A stretch of 64,000 nt of DNA from assembly GCA_963663235.2 (NCBI GenBank), contig CAXXNO010000005.1, positions 64,001 to 128,000 on the forward strand, written 5' to 3'. Positions 30,401 to 40,027 of this stretch are shown here, piece by piece. Both the position numbers and the translations under genes were made by a program. The stretch's first letter is position 1, and the number at the start of each line of letters is the position of its first letter. The DNA is from Dehalococcoidia bacterium (lineage in GTDB: Bacteria; Chloroflexota; Dehalococcoidia; Bin125). The notes beneath the pieces were generated by a model that saw nothing but the letters and a program-made list of their open reading frames with translations, made no database searches and was not told the origin of the DNA.

Positions 30401-31873
30401 ATGCTGCTGACACTCCAGCGAGGTGTTGTCTGCGCCGCCCTGATCCTCGTCGCCTTCCTGCTGCTCCCGGCGGCGCCTGGGAGAGTCGCGCACGCCACTC
30501 CAGAAGTGAGCGCGCAAGGAGCCGCGGCCTCCGACAGCGTGCTGACCCTCGACGACGGCGGTCAGTTCGTCTTCTGGACTTTCGGTTCCTTCGACGCGGC
30601 CGGCGTTTTCGCCACCGTCAAGATCGCTTGGCTCTTTGACCCCGCCGCGGTCACCTGGATCGCCTTCATCCCCGCTCTCGGCACGGTCAACTTCCCCGTC
30701 GCGGACGGCGACGTGCTCTGGATCGTCTCCAGCGGCCGGCAGGACATTCCCCTTCCCTCCGGCGATACCGAGAACGGCGGCCCACCTCCGATAATGCTTC
30801 GCATCGTTCGCGTCGCCGACGGCTTCGAGCCGTCCCTGCCGGTGGTGTGGGGTCCGCACAGCTGGTCACCGGACAGCGAGTCGATCGCCGTCGTCTCGAA
30901 CTTCGAAGAAGTGAACGTCCTCGACATCGTGACCTTGGACGTGCGGCGGATCTTCGAGGGCGCGGTGCAGGAGGTCGCCTGGTCGCCGGACGGAGACCGC
31001 ATCGCCGTGGCGGGGCAGTCGGGCGTGGTCGTGCTCAGCGTGGGCGGTGTTGCCTCGCAACGGCTCACCTCCGGCCCGTCGTTCTTCCTCGCCTGGTCCC
31101 CCGACGGAACCATGCTGGCCTTCGAGAATCCGTCGACCGGACAGCTACAAGTCTGGGATGGGGCGGAGACACGGCCGTTCGATGGCTCCCTCCTCCGGTG
31201 GCTGGACGACGGCAGACTCGCGATCACGCTTGACGCAGCCGCCGAGCCTGGCGCTCCCGTCATCGACGACGCGGAGGAGTTCGCGGAGAACTACCCGGAC
31301 GGCGTTCCCCAGGTGCTCCTCCGGCTCATCGACCCCGCCGATGGCTCAGGGACAGAGGTGAGTTGGGTCGTGCCCGGGGAACGCGGATCCTTGACTGTCT
31401 CACCTGACGCACGCTTCCTCGCCTACGCGCTCCGCACCGAACCGCCACCAGCGAAGTTTTTTCCGGACACCTCTCTCTCCAGGCGAGTGCGCGTGCGCCG
31501 CCTAGACACCGGTGAACTCGTTGCAACATTCGAGAATGCACGGACTTTCGGCGGTGCCTTCCTCCCCGACGGCGAGCGGCTCCTGCTGAACTTGGACTTC
31601 TGCGGGACGGAGGACGCCATCGGCATCGGCGCTGTCGATGGCTCCCTGATCCGCGTCGCGGACGGCCTCCATCTCAGCACGGCCGTGTCGGCCGACGGGA
31701 CGCAGGTCGCCTTCACGGATCCTACGAACATCGTGGTCGCCCCCACCGATGCCGGCAGCCCCCAGCGTGTGGTCGCGAGCGATGTGCATGGCTCCGCGCC
31801 CATCACCTGGTCCCCCGATGGGACCTGGATCGCCTTCGCGCCCTTCTTTGGCGGGTTCGACGCCTGCCTTTAG
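30401..31873 (+). CDS. Secreted TolB-like (PD40) beta-propeller protein
   Basis: Signal peptide, repeated WSPDG/WSPDS/VSPDA motifs, AAGGAGG upstream. Confidence 0.8.
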   Translation: MLLTLQRGVVCAALILVAFLLLPAAPGRVAHATPEVSAQGAAASDSVLTLDDGGQFVFWTFGSFDAAGVFATVKIAWLFDPAAVTWIAFIPALGTVNFPVADGDVLWIVSSGRQDIPLPSGDTENGGPPPIMLRIVRVADGFEPSLPVVWGPHSWSPDSESIAVVSNFEEVNVLDIVTLDVRRIFEGAVQEVAWSPDGDRIAVAGQSGVVVLSVGGVASQRLTSGPSFFLAWSPDGTMLAFENPSTGQLQVWDGAETRPFDGSLLRWLDDGRLAITLDAAAEPGAPVIDDAEEFAENYPDGVPQVLLRLIDPADGSGTEVSWVVPGERGSLTVSPDARFLAYALRTEPPPAKFFPDTSLSRRVRVRRLDTGELVATFENARTFGGAFLPDGERLLLNLDFCGTEDAIGIGAVDGSLIRVADGLHLSTAVSADGTQVAFTDPTNIVVAPTDAGSPQRVVASDVHGSAPITWSPDGTWIAFAPFFGGFDACL

Positions 31874-31994
31874 GCGCCTGCCCTTCGCGCTGCTGCCGGA
31901 GGAGGACATGAGTCCGCTGGTCCACGCCGCCGCGATAGCGGACTTCGTCAATCCGTTCGCCAACCTACCGGCTGGAACCCGGATCGGCTTCATC
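31874..31994 (+). repeat. 121-bp direct repeat, copy 2 (orphan thioesterase fragment)
   Basis: Encodes RLPFALLPEEDMSPLVHAAAIADFVNPFANLPAGTRIGFI and fills the whole gap between two convergent stop codons. Confidence 0.92.
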
Positions 31995-32752
31995 TATTCA
32001 GGTTGGGACAAGCCGAGCCGTTCTCCACGCGACGTGTTCGCATAGCGGGCCTGCAGCAGGCTGCGGCACATATTCGCGTTGAAGTCCATATTGATGCGGA
32101 CGTGACGGAGCGTCCGCAGGTAGTCCTTGAGGGTTTTCGGATCGAGAGGCTGCCCATCCACCGTGACGAATGCCGGGCTCGATGCCTCCGCGGCGACGCC
32201 GATCGTCGTCAAGCCGTCGAGATAACGCTGTAGCAGATGCGCGGCTTGGGCGTCGGCCATGGGCAAGGCACGGAGATCCCGGACACGCAGGCCAAGCAGC
32301 GCTTGCGGCGTTTGCCCGTGTTGAAGCAGATAGCGCAAGAGCACCTCTTGCCGTCGTTGAAAGGCCTTTCGGCCAAAGATCGAGCGAAGCTCGTCCAAGT
32401 CGCTGTCGGCCTCATTCGGAAAGGTCTCCCGCAGCGACCCGCTCTGAGCGACGCCCCGGTTGATCTGTTCCGCTGAGTAGTGATCGCTCAACTCCACCTG
32501 CACCCTCTGCACCCACGGGAGCTCCTCCAGCGCCTCGCGCATGTCGTTCGCCATCAGGAAGGCGAAGTTCGCGGCGCACCAGTAGGTCGGCAAGCGGAAG
32601 CGGACATGGACACCGTCGTCCTCGTCCACATGGACGGTTTCCACGAAGCCCATCTCTGTCACGGCCTCGTCCAACTCCGGGTCGGCGACGGTGGCGAGCT
32701 GGTCCCACACTTCCTGGGATTTCGCGTTCTCGCCCCCATCGAGCGCCGTCAT
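31994..32752 (-). CDS. DUF59/FeS_assembly_P metal-sulfur cluster protein
   Basis: VADPELDEAVTEMGFV, FRLPTYWCAANFAFLM, FNANMCRSLLQARY. Confidence 0.88.
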   Translation of the reverse strand: MTALDGGENAKSQEVWDQLATVADPELDEAVTEMGFVETVHVDEDDGVHVRFRLPTYWCAANFAFLMANDMREALEELPWVQRVQVELSDHYSAEQINRGVAQSGSLRETFPNEADSDLDELRSIFGRKAFQRRQEVLLRYLLQHGQTPQALLGLRVRDLRALPMADAQAAHLLQRYLDGLTTIGVAAEASSPAFVTVDGQPLDPKTLKDYLRTLRHVRINMDFNANMCRSLLQARYANTSRGERLGLSQPE

Positions 32753-32759
32753 GGTGGTG

Positions 32760-33761
32760 CTAGTTCCTCCGCAGTTTCGCTTTTTGGGCCTCGATGTCGA
32801 TCCCGTAGAGCCGTGCGGCGTTTTCGCCAAGGATCTTCTTCTTGACCTCCAGCGTGAGGCTTGTCCCAGTCTCCTCTTGGATGTCCTCCGGCAATTCAAA
32901 TGCCATGAATTTCTCGACGAGCCATTTTGGTTGCCAGATCGCATAGTCGCTCGCGAACAGTAACCGGTCTTCCCCCAGCCAGAAGAGGAGCTCCGAGATG
33001 ATTTCGGCGAAGTACCTGGGCCGAGGGTGGATGAAAGCCATCGCCACCGCGAGCCCCCCGTACACGTTCGGCTCCTGGACCGCAATCCAACAGAAATCAT
33101 CCAGGCGCGGCAGGCCGACATGTTCCACGATGAAGTTGAGTTCGGGAAAGCTCGTCGCGGCGTCATCGATATCGGCGACATCGAAGGCATCGCGATTCAG
33201 CGGCAGAATGGTGGGCCCTTTGTGCACGTGGATGTTCTTAATATCGAGCTCTTGGCATTTCTCCAAGTAGCGTTGGGCCCACGGCTCCCACAGCTTGTAT
33301 CCCTTCGAATCCCCTCGCCATTCAGCCGTATATAGCTTCACGCCCTTGATCGCGTGTTGCTCCACCAGCCGTTCCAACTCTTCCAGCCCGGCTTCCCCAT
33401 CGCGGGGATCAAAGGCGCCGTTGAGAATGATCCGATCGGGCTCCCGCGCCTTGATCGCGGCGTTTCGTTCCGTCGTGTTGAAGCCGTTCCTGTAGAAGTC
33501 CGTCAGATAGGTCGGCTGGCAAATCGCCATGTCGGCATAGCCATGACCGAACAGATCGTCGACCATCGTGTCGAGCGAATACTTCTGAAACTTGTCGGCC
33601 GGCCACACGTACTCCTGCGGGCTCAACGCGCTGTGATAGTCGTGGAAGCAGTTGATGAACTGCGCCCCGTGAACGTTCCGTTGGTTCTCGGGGCTCGCAT
33701 CCCAAAAGTGGACGTGGCCGTCGATGATGAAGACTTCCTCGCCGGCTTCGGTTTTGAACAT
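32760..33761 (-). CDS. Amidohydrolase_2-family protein (propane-monooxygenase-cluster type)
   Basis: IIDGHVHFWDAS, GVKLYTAEW, HVHKGPT, VEHVGLPR, LFASDYAIW. Confidence 0.9.
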   Translation of the reverse strand: MFKTEAGEEVFIIDGHVHFWDASPENQRNVHGAQFINCFHDYHSALSPQEYVWPADKFQKYSLDTMVDDLFGHGYADMAICQPTYLTDFYRNGFNTTERNAAIKAREPDRIILNGAFDPRDGEAGLEELERLVEQHAIKGVKLYTAEWRGDSKGYKLWEPWAQRYLEKCQELDIKNIHVHKGPTILPLNRDAFDVADIDDAATSFPELNFIVEHVGLPRLDDFCWIAVQEPNVYGGLAVAMAFIHPRPRYFAEIISELLFWLGEDRLLFASDYAIWQPKWLVEKFMAFELPEDIQEETGTSLTLEVKKKILGENAARLYGIDIEAQKAKLRRN

Positions 33762-33876
33762 TCCTTTCCCTTCTCAATGTTCCGTTGGCCGGTTCAAACA
33801 CAAACGCCGGTCGGCTCAAGCCGCTCCCCATCGCGATTCCACACGCATCCCCAACCACTTCAGGACGCGCCGCCCA

Positions 33877-34921
33877 TCAGGGCACCAGCACCGCCCGTCC
33901 CTGGACCCGGCCTGCGTGGAGGTCGTGCAGCGCAACGTTCGCATCGCTCAGCCGGTACTCCTTGTTGGTCAGATGCACCAACCCGCCCTCGGCCAGCGCC
34001 ATCAACTCCACCAGTTCCGCGTAAGTACCGACCAAATTGCCCACGATCGTCTTCTCCGTGACGATCATGTCGATCGCTGGAATCTGGATCCCCCCCCCCG
34101 TACCCCACGATGTAGTAGGTGCCGGCGTTGCGGGTCATCGCCAGGCCCGCCTCGATCGACCCCCGTTCCCCGACGAAATCGACCACCGCCTCCGCTCCGT
34201 GCCCGTTGGTGAGGCGCCGGACCACCGCAGTTTCGTTCCCGTCGGCCGGCACAGTCTGGTCGGCGCCACATTCCTCGGCAAGGTCAAGGGCCAGCCGCGA
34301 GCGATCGACGACGATGATGGTGGCTGCACAGAGCCGGCGCAGAACCTGGATGCCAATATGGCCCAGACCGCCGGCGCCGATCATCACCGCATACTCTCCC
34401 GGGAGGAGATGCCGCGCCGCCTTCTTCGCCACTCGATAGGCGGTCAGTCCGGCATCGGAATAGGGCGCGACAGCCTTTGGGGCCAGGGACTGGGGCAGTT
34501 TGACCAGCGAGCGTTCGCTGGTCTTCAGAAACTCCGCGTAGCCGCCGTCTGCGTTGATGCCCGGAAAGACACTTTCCCCCACGTGCATATCGTTACCCCG
34601 GCGGAAGGCCAGGTCGTGGCCGCGAGTGACCAGGGGATGGCAGATCACCGGATCGCCAACCGCAACGCTCGTCACCTCGCTGCCGATCGCTTCCACCCAA
34701 CCGGCATTCTCGTGGCCAAGCACGTAGGGCAGGTTCACCTCGACCTTATCGCGCCAAATCTCCTCGACGATGTGCAGATCGGTCCGGCACACCCCCGCAC
34801 CGCCGATGCGAACGATCACATCGAACGGCCCCTCGATGATCGGTTCGGGAACATCCTCATACACCACCCAGTCGGGTCGACTGAGCGTTTGGTCATATTC
34901 GTGCAGGACGGCTGCCTTCAC
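33877..34921 (-). pseudogene. Zn-dependent NAD(P) alcohol dehydrogenase, frameshifted in a G10 tract (34090-34099)
   Basis: GVCRTDLH, LGHENAG, GAGGLGHIG. With G9 the frame continues YGGGIQIPAIDMIVTEKTIVGNLVG..GRAVLVP* to 33877. Confidence 0.85.
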
Positions 34922-35291
34922 CGCGATCCCCCTCCCGCATCAGCGGCCGCGGTGCTCGGGCGGCGAGGGCACGGGACAGCGATGGTCCGCAGGCGCGAGG
35001 GGTTCCGCTGCATGGGTCACGCCAATCTCCGCACGCCCCGCGTCAAGGGGAGCGACCTGAGTACCCTACTGCATACTTCTGGAACATGCGGACAAGGGCG
35101 ATCGCGGCCGAGATCGCCTCATCCGTGAACGGCGTGTCGAAGCACTTGCCCCGTTCGATGGCGTCCGCGGCGGCCGCTTGCAGCCGCGCGGCGGTCCGGC
35201 TACCCTGCGCTGCATTGGGACGTCTGTCCGGAGAGCGCACCCGAGCGGCGCAAGCCCGAGCGGTTCCATCGACGTTCCCACGCGAGGCCCA

Positions 35292-37103
35292 GTGGCGACT
35301 GTTGACCCTGTCCAGCTTCTCGTCATGGCCAATCGGGTAGACGGCATCGCCCGCGAGATGACCAACACGCTCATCCGCACCGCCCGCTCGAGTACCCTCG
35401 CTGTGCGCGACTTTTCCACGTCCGTCTCCACCGCCCAGCACGAGCTCTTCTCCGCCCCCGAAGGCATCCCCGTTCACGTGTTCGGCTCCGGCCTCCTCTG
35501 CGAGGCCATGGCCGAGCTCCACCCCGACTTCAAGGAGGGCGATGCCTTCCTCCACAATGACCCCTATCTCGGCAATTCCCACCCCGCCGACCACACCCTG
35601 CTCGTCCCCGTCTTCTTCGAGGGCGAGCACATCTTCACGACTTGCGTCAAAGCCCATCAGGCCGACTGCGGCAACGCCATCCCCACCACCTACACGCCGA
35701 AAGCGATCGATGTCTACGGCGAAGGCTCGTTGATCTTCCCTTGCGTCCAGATCCAGGAGAACTACCAGGACGTCGGCGACATCATCCGCATGTGCGAGAA
35801 GCGCATCCGCGCCCCGGAGATCTGGTACGGCGACTACCTCTCAATGCTCGCCGCCGCCCGCGTGGGGGAGGATCGGCTCAAGGAGCTCGCCGCCAAATAC
35901 GGCCTCGAGACGGTGAAAGTCTTTGTCCGCGAGTGGCTCGACTACACGGAGCGCATCGCCGCGACGGAGATCAAGAAGCTCCCCGCGGGCCACGTCCACA
36001 ACTCCACCGCCCTCGATCCCTTCCCGCCCAATTTGCCCGACGGCATCCCGCTCCAATGCGATATTGAGATCGACTCTGATAACGGCTACGTCACCGTGGA
36101 CTTCCGGGACAACCCGGACTGTGTCCCTGCGGGCGTCAACCTCAGCGAGTCGACGTCCATGAACTCGGCCGTCAGCGGCGTCCTCACGGTCCTCAACTCA
36201 AAGCGCGACGCCAAGGACACCATCGTCCACAACAACGCCGGCGCCTTCCGCCGCATCAATGTCTTGCTGCGCGACAACTGCGTCATCGGTATCCCCCGCC
36301 ACCCCGTCTCCTGCTCCATGGCCACCAACACGGTCGCCGATCGGGCGCTGGCCATGGTCTACTCCGCCTTCAGCCAGGTCGCCGATGGCATCGGCTTGGC
36401 CGAGCCCTGCTTCGGCTCCGGTCCCTACCAGGGTGTCGTCTCCGGCTGGAATAAGCGCCGAGACGGGCCCTTCGTCTTTCAAATCTTCGCCGGTACCGCC
36501 GGTGGACCCGGCAGCGCCGAATCCGACGGCTGGCTCACCGTTCTGATCGCCGTCGCCGGCGGCGTTGCCTACTTCGATGAGTGTGAGGTCCTTGAGCAGA
36601 AATACCCGATCGTCGTTTGGGAAACCAAAGTCCGCGCCGAATCCGAAGGCGCGGGACGCCAGCGCGGCGCGCCCGGCAACGTTTGCATCTACGGCCCCCT
36701 CGCGAATGAGAACGCCATCGAGGTGCACTACTCCCAGGACGGCATGATCACCCCGCCCCAAGGTGTCCGCGGCGGCGGTCCGGCCAAGGGCTCGCAGGCG
36801 TGGCTCCAGGAACCCGACGGCTCCCAGGACATCCTTCCCAACATGATCGGCGAACAGATCGTCGGCCCGGGACAACGCATCGTCTCCCTCTCGGCCGGCG
36901 GCGGTGGCTACGGCGACCCCCACACCCGCGACGTCGCCGCCGTTCTTGAAGACGTTGTCGAAGGCTACGTCTCCATCGATCGCGCCCGCGACGCCTACGG
37001 CGTCGTCATCACCGGAGACCCTGCTCGCGTCGAAACCCTCGCCGTCGACCAACGAGCCACAGTCGCAAGCCGAGTCGGCGCGCCCTCCGCGGGCGGCCGC
37101 TAA
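35292..37103 (+). CDS. hyuB: Hydantoinase B/oxoprolinase-family subunit (paralog 4)
   Basis: VDPVQLLVMANR, HNDPYLGNSHPAD, KAHQADCGN, GGGGYGDP. Confidence 0.92.
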   Translation: MATVDPVQLLVMANRVDGIAREMTNTLIRTARSSTLAVRDFSTSVSTAQHELFSAPEGIPVHVFGSGLLCEAMAELHPDFKEGDAFLHNDPYLGNSHPADHTLLVPVFFEGEHIFTTCVKAHQADCGNAIPTTYTPKAIDVYGEGSLIFPCVQIQENYQDVGDIIRMCEKRIRAPEIWYGDYLSMLAAARVGEDRLKELAAKYGLETVKVFVREWLDYTERIAATEIKKLPAGHVHNSTALDPFPPNLPDGIPLQCDIEIDSDNGYVTVDFRDNPDCVPAGVNLSESTSMNSAVSGVLTVLNSKRDAKDTIVHNNAGAFRRINVLLRDNCVIGIPRHPVSCSMATNTVADRALAMVYSAFSQVADGIGLAEPCFGSGPYQGVVSGWNKRRDGPFVFQIFAGTAGGPGSAESDGWLTVLIAVAGGVAYFDECEVLEQKYPIVVWETKVRAESEGAGRQRGAPGNVCIYGPLANENAIEVHYSQDGMITPPQGVRGGGPAKGSQAWLQEPDGSQDILPNMIGEQIVGPGQRIVSLSAGGGGYGDPHTRDVAAVLEDVVEGYVSIDRARDAYGVVITGDPARVETLAVDQRATVASRVGAPSAGGR

Positions 37104-37199
37104 GCCCTCTCTTGCCACCTACCGCGCGGGGCAGACCGTCGTCTCGATAGGTGCTGGTGGTTGACGGCCTCGGCGGCTCCGCGGTCGCTCGCGGGCTCG

Positions 37200-38669
37200 C
37201 TACAGGCTCGCCAGGATCTCCGCGGCCGCCCGCGCACCGCTGCGAACGGCCGCGTGGGTGGTCCCGGCGGCCGCTTGGTCGGTGGCTTCGCCGGCGAAGA
37301 AGAGCCGGTCGGATACGGGGGCTGCCAGCAGGGGCCGCGCCCCGTACTGGCCCACCCTCACGAACGAATAGCCGCCGCGCACCCATTCGTTCGCCGTCCA
37401 ATCCTGGTATGCGAAGTCGACGAGATGAGAGGCGTCCGCGTCGGATCCGAAGACGCGGACCAGTTCGCCGGTGGCGATCTCGCGGATCTGGCTCTCAGTC
37501 AAGCCCGCCACCCGGGCGTCGAAGGTGTTTCCGGCGAACCCGATGATCACTGCGTCGAGATCATCGCCGTCCCGCGTTGTGCCGGGCAGCCACCACTCGG
37601 GCGGGTCGCCGTCGGTAAGGATGGTGCTCGTCTCGGCGGGCCAAGGGGCGCGATCGTAGCGCATGAGGACTTTCGCAATAGGGCCCATCCCAAGGCCATC
37701 GATAGCCTCCTGCTTCTCTGTTGGGAGGAGTGGATCAAACTCGATCATTGCCGCCTTGAGCACCCCGATCGAGACTGTGATCAGGGCCCGTCGCGCGCGG
37801 ATGGCGCCCCGCGTGGTGTGGACCAACACCTCCACCCCGGACCAAGCGACGCTCGTCACCGCCGTCGAGAGGTGGATCGGCGAGAAGTCGGTCAGGTACT
37901 CAGGCAGCGTCGAATACCCCTCGCGGATGCTGTGATCCCCGCCCGGCGCGACAATCCCCTCGTTCACGGCGAAGGCGCTCATCGCGTCGACATCGCCCGA
38001 CTCGTCCAACGACGCGTCCTGCCGCAGCAGCTCGGTTGCGAGCGGACTCAGGCCCAGTGAGGCGATGACCTCCCCGACCGACATCGAGTCGTCCTCGATC
38101 TCGGCGATCTCGCAGAAGCTCAGGTCGTTCTCGAAGATCAGAGCCAGGTCGTCGTCCCCCTCCAGGTCGTCGCGGAACTGGCGAGCGCCGTTGAGGAACA
38201 CGATCAGGTCTTCGTCCACGTCGTATTCGGCGTCCGGGATCGTCGCCACGCCGGCCGCCTCGGCGAGTTGCCACGAGGCATGGCCGGTGCCGTGCAGGAA
38301 TTCCGCCCCGCGCTCGACGGGGAAATTCGCAAAGCTCCGGTCGGTGAAGACACGCCCTCCCACGCGGTTCTCCGCCTCAACGACCGCGACGTCCACTCCG
38401 GCGGCCGCCAGATCGCGCCCGGCGCTCAGGCCGGCGAGCCCGGCGCCGACGATGACTACGTCGACGGTGTCGGGCAGCGGCCCTGTCTGCAGTCCGCCCG
38501 CGCGGGTCGGCGCGCGGATCGCGTCACCATCGGCCGGCTCGCGCGGCCCATCGCTGCTGCAGCCCGCCCACGCCGTCGCTCCGAGCGCGGCCAAGCCCGC
38601 GCCCGCGCGGAGCAGCTTGCGGCGTGAGATCTCGCGAGAAAGTCGATACCGCGCCTTGTCACCGCTCAC
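37200..38669 (-). CDS. Flavin monoamine oxidase-family protein with Tat-lipoprotein signal (start uncertain)
   Basis: SRRKLL...WAGC signal, VGAGLAGL, EAENRVGGR, GAEFLHG, FAGEAT..GTTHAAVRSG. Confidence 0.88.
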   Translation of the reverse strand: MSGDKARYRLSREISRRKLLRAGAGLAALGATAWAGCSSDGPREPADGDAIRAPTRAGGLQTGPLPDTVDVVIVGAGLAGLSAGRDLAAAGVDVAVVEAENRVGGRVFTDRSFANFPVERGAEFLHGTGHASWQLAEAAGVATIPDAEYDVDEDLIVFLNGARQFRDDLEGDDDLALIFENDLSFCEIAEIEDDSMSVGEVIASLGLSPLATELLRQDASLDESGDVDAMSAFAVNEGIVAPGGDHSIREGYSTLPEYLTDFSPIHLSTAVTSVAWSGVEVLVHTTRGAIRARRALITVSIGVLKAAMIEFDPLLPTEKQEAIDGLGMGPIAKVLMRYDRAPWPAETSTILTDGDPPEWWLPGTTRDGDDLDAVIIGFAGNTFDARVAGLTESQIREIATGELVRVFGSDADASHLVDFAYQDWTANEWVRGGYSFVRVGQYGARPLLAAPVSDRLFFAGEATDQAAAGTTHAAVRSGARAAAEILASL

Positions 38670-38953
38670 GCGCGGCAGATTAGCCCGGAGGCCTCGGCGG
38701 GGCAATCACGACGACGTTGGAACATGGAAAAGGCGGCCCACGCCGCCGGCTACGACGCGGCTGTGCCTGCCATAGCCCGCGGCTGAGCACGATTTGTCAA
38801 TCCGCGGGTCGCCTGATCAAGCGCCACGAGACGGGAGACCCGGACCCGCGCGCGGGCCGTTGCCGCCACGGCCGTGTCGCCCGTGCGGCGATTGCTCTAA
38901 ACTCGCGCACGGCTGCGAAGGCACGTCTGTTGCCCGTTCGTGAGGAGGAGCCG

Positions 38954-39256
38954 ATGCCTGCCTACGTCGTCGTAGAGGGCCGCATCCACGACCGAGAGCG
39001 CTTCGGAAAGTATGTGCAAGGCGCGAATCCCACGGTCACCGCGCACGGAGGAAAGCTGCTGTCGATTGGTGATCCGGCCGAGGTGATCGAGGGCAAGGTG
39101 GACCTGCCGCGGCTCGTGATTATCGAGTTCCCGTCGCTGGATGCGGCCAAGGCGTGGTACGAGTCCGCCGAGTATCGGGCGGTGGTGGAGGACCGCCTCG
39201 CCTCCTCGGTGAGTCGCTTCTTGCTGGCCGACGGGGTGGCGCCGGCTGCGCCGTAG
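38954..39256 (+). CDS. DUF1330 protein
   Basis: MPAYVVV..HGGKLL..VIIEFPSLDAAKAWYESAEY. Strong RBS. Confidence 0.9.
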   Translation: MPAYVVVEGRIHDRERFGKYVQGANPTVTAHGGKLLSIGDPAEVIEGKVDLPRLVIIEFPSLDAAKAWYESAEYRAVVEDRLASSVSRFLLADGVAPAAP

Positions 39257-39279
39257 GCGGATCCGCAGTCACGTCCGGA

Positions 39280-40005
39280 CTAGGAGCGCCCGTAAACGGG
39301 GATCGCTGCGCCATGGATGGCTTGCGCGGCCTCGGACGCGAGAAACAGCATGACCTCCGCGATCTGCTCGGGCGGCACCCAGCGTTCCGGATGGGCGCGG
39401 GGAAAGGCACGGCGGTTCTCCGGCGTATCGATCACGCCGGGCAGCACGCAGTTGGCAGTCACACCCGCGTCGCAGACCTCCTCCGCGATCGCCTCCACCA
39501 GCCGGATCACCGCGCTCTTCGACGCGCTGTAGGCGGCGGCGCGTCCGTCCGCCATCAGCGCCGAGCGCGCCGCGACGCACACGATCTTGCCGGATCCCCG
39601 CTCCAGCATCGACGGCAACACCGCGCGGCAGGCAACGAAGGTCGAGCGGGCATTCAGGCTGTGCATCGCCTCCCAGTCTTCAATGGGTGTCTCTGCGACC
39701 GCGTGGTCTGCGTGGTAGCCGCCCACCGTGTGCATCAACACGTCGATCCGCCCGAAACGCTCGTGCACGGCAGTGACCGCCGCGCCGAACGAGTCCGCAT
39801 CCGTGACATCCACACCCTCCGCGATGTAGTGCTCGCCTCCGCTGACCTCGGGGAACTGGTCCCGCACGACATCGCCGCGTCGAGCCACCGCGGCGATGTG
39901 GGCGCCGGCGTCCAGCAGGGCGCGAGTCACCGCGCCACCGAGTCGGCCGGTCACGCCGGTGATCAGAACGACTTCGTCGGAGAAGTCGATTGTGATGCTG
40001 GACAT
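39280..40005 (-). CDS. Short-chain dehydrogenase/reductase
   Basis: ITGVTGRLG, YSASK, NCVLPGVIDTP. Confidence 0.92.
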   Translation of the reverse strand: MSSITIDFSDEVVLITGVTGRLGGAVTRALLDAGAHIAAVARRGDVVRDQFPEVSGGEHYIAEGVDVTDADSFGAAVTAVHERFGRIDVLMHTVGGYHADHAVAETPIEDWEAMHSLNARSTFVACRAVLPSMLERGSGKIVCVAARSALMADGRAAAYSASKSAVIRLVEAIAEEVCDAGVTANCVLPGVIDTPENRRAFPRAHPERWVPPEQIAEVMLFLASEAAQAIHGAAIPVYGRS

Positions 40006-40027
40006 GGAGATCTCCTTCCTTAGCGGC

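Noticed and set aside
28108-31994. attL/attR of a prophage or ICE
   Set aside because: No integrase, phage or conjugation genes, and the repeat is an internal gene fragment rather than a 3' end.
35043-35200. Protein-like fragment on the minus strand (ADAIERGKCFDTPFTDEAISAAIALVRMFQKY)
   Set aside because: Could be another remnant, but I cannot assign a family or a start codon.
16092-37103. Calling the hydantoinase B genes acetone carboxylase
   Set aside because: No beta (A-type) or gamma subunit is present and the substrate cannot be read from the sequence.
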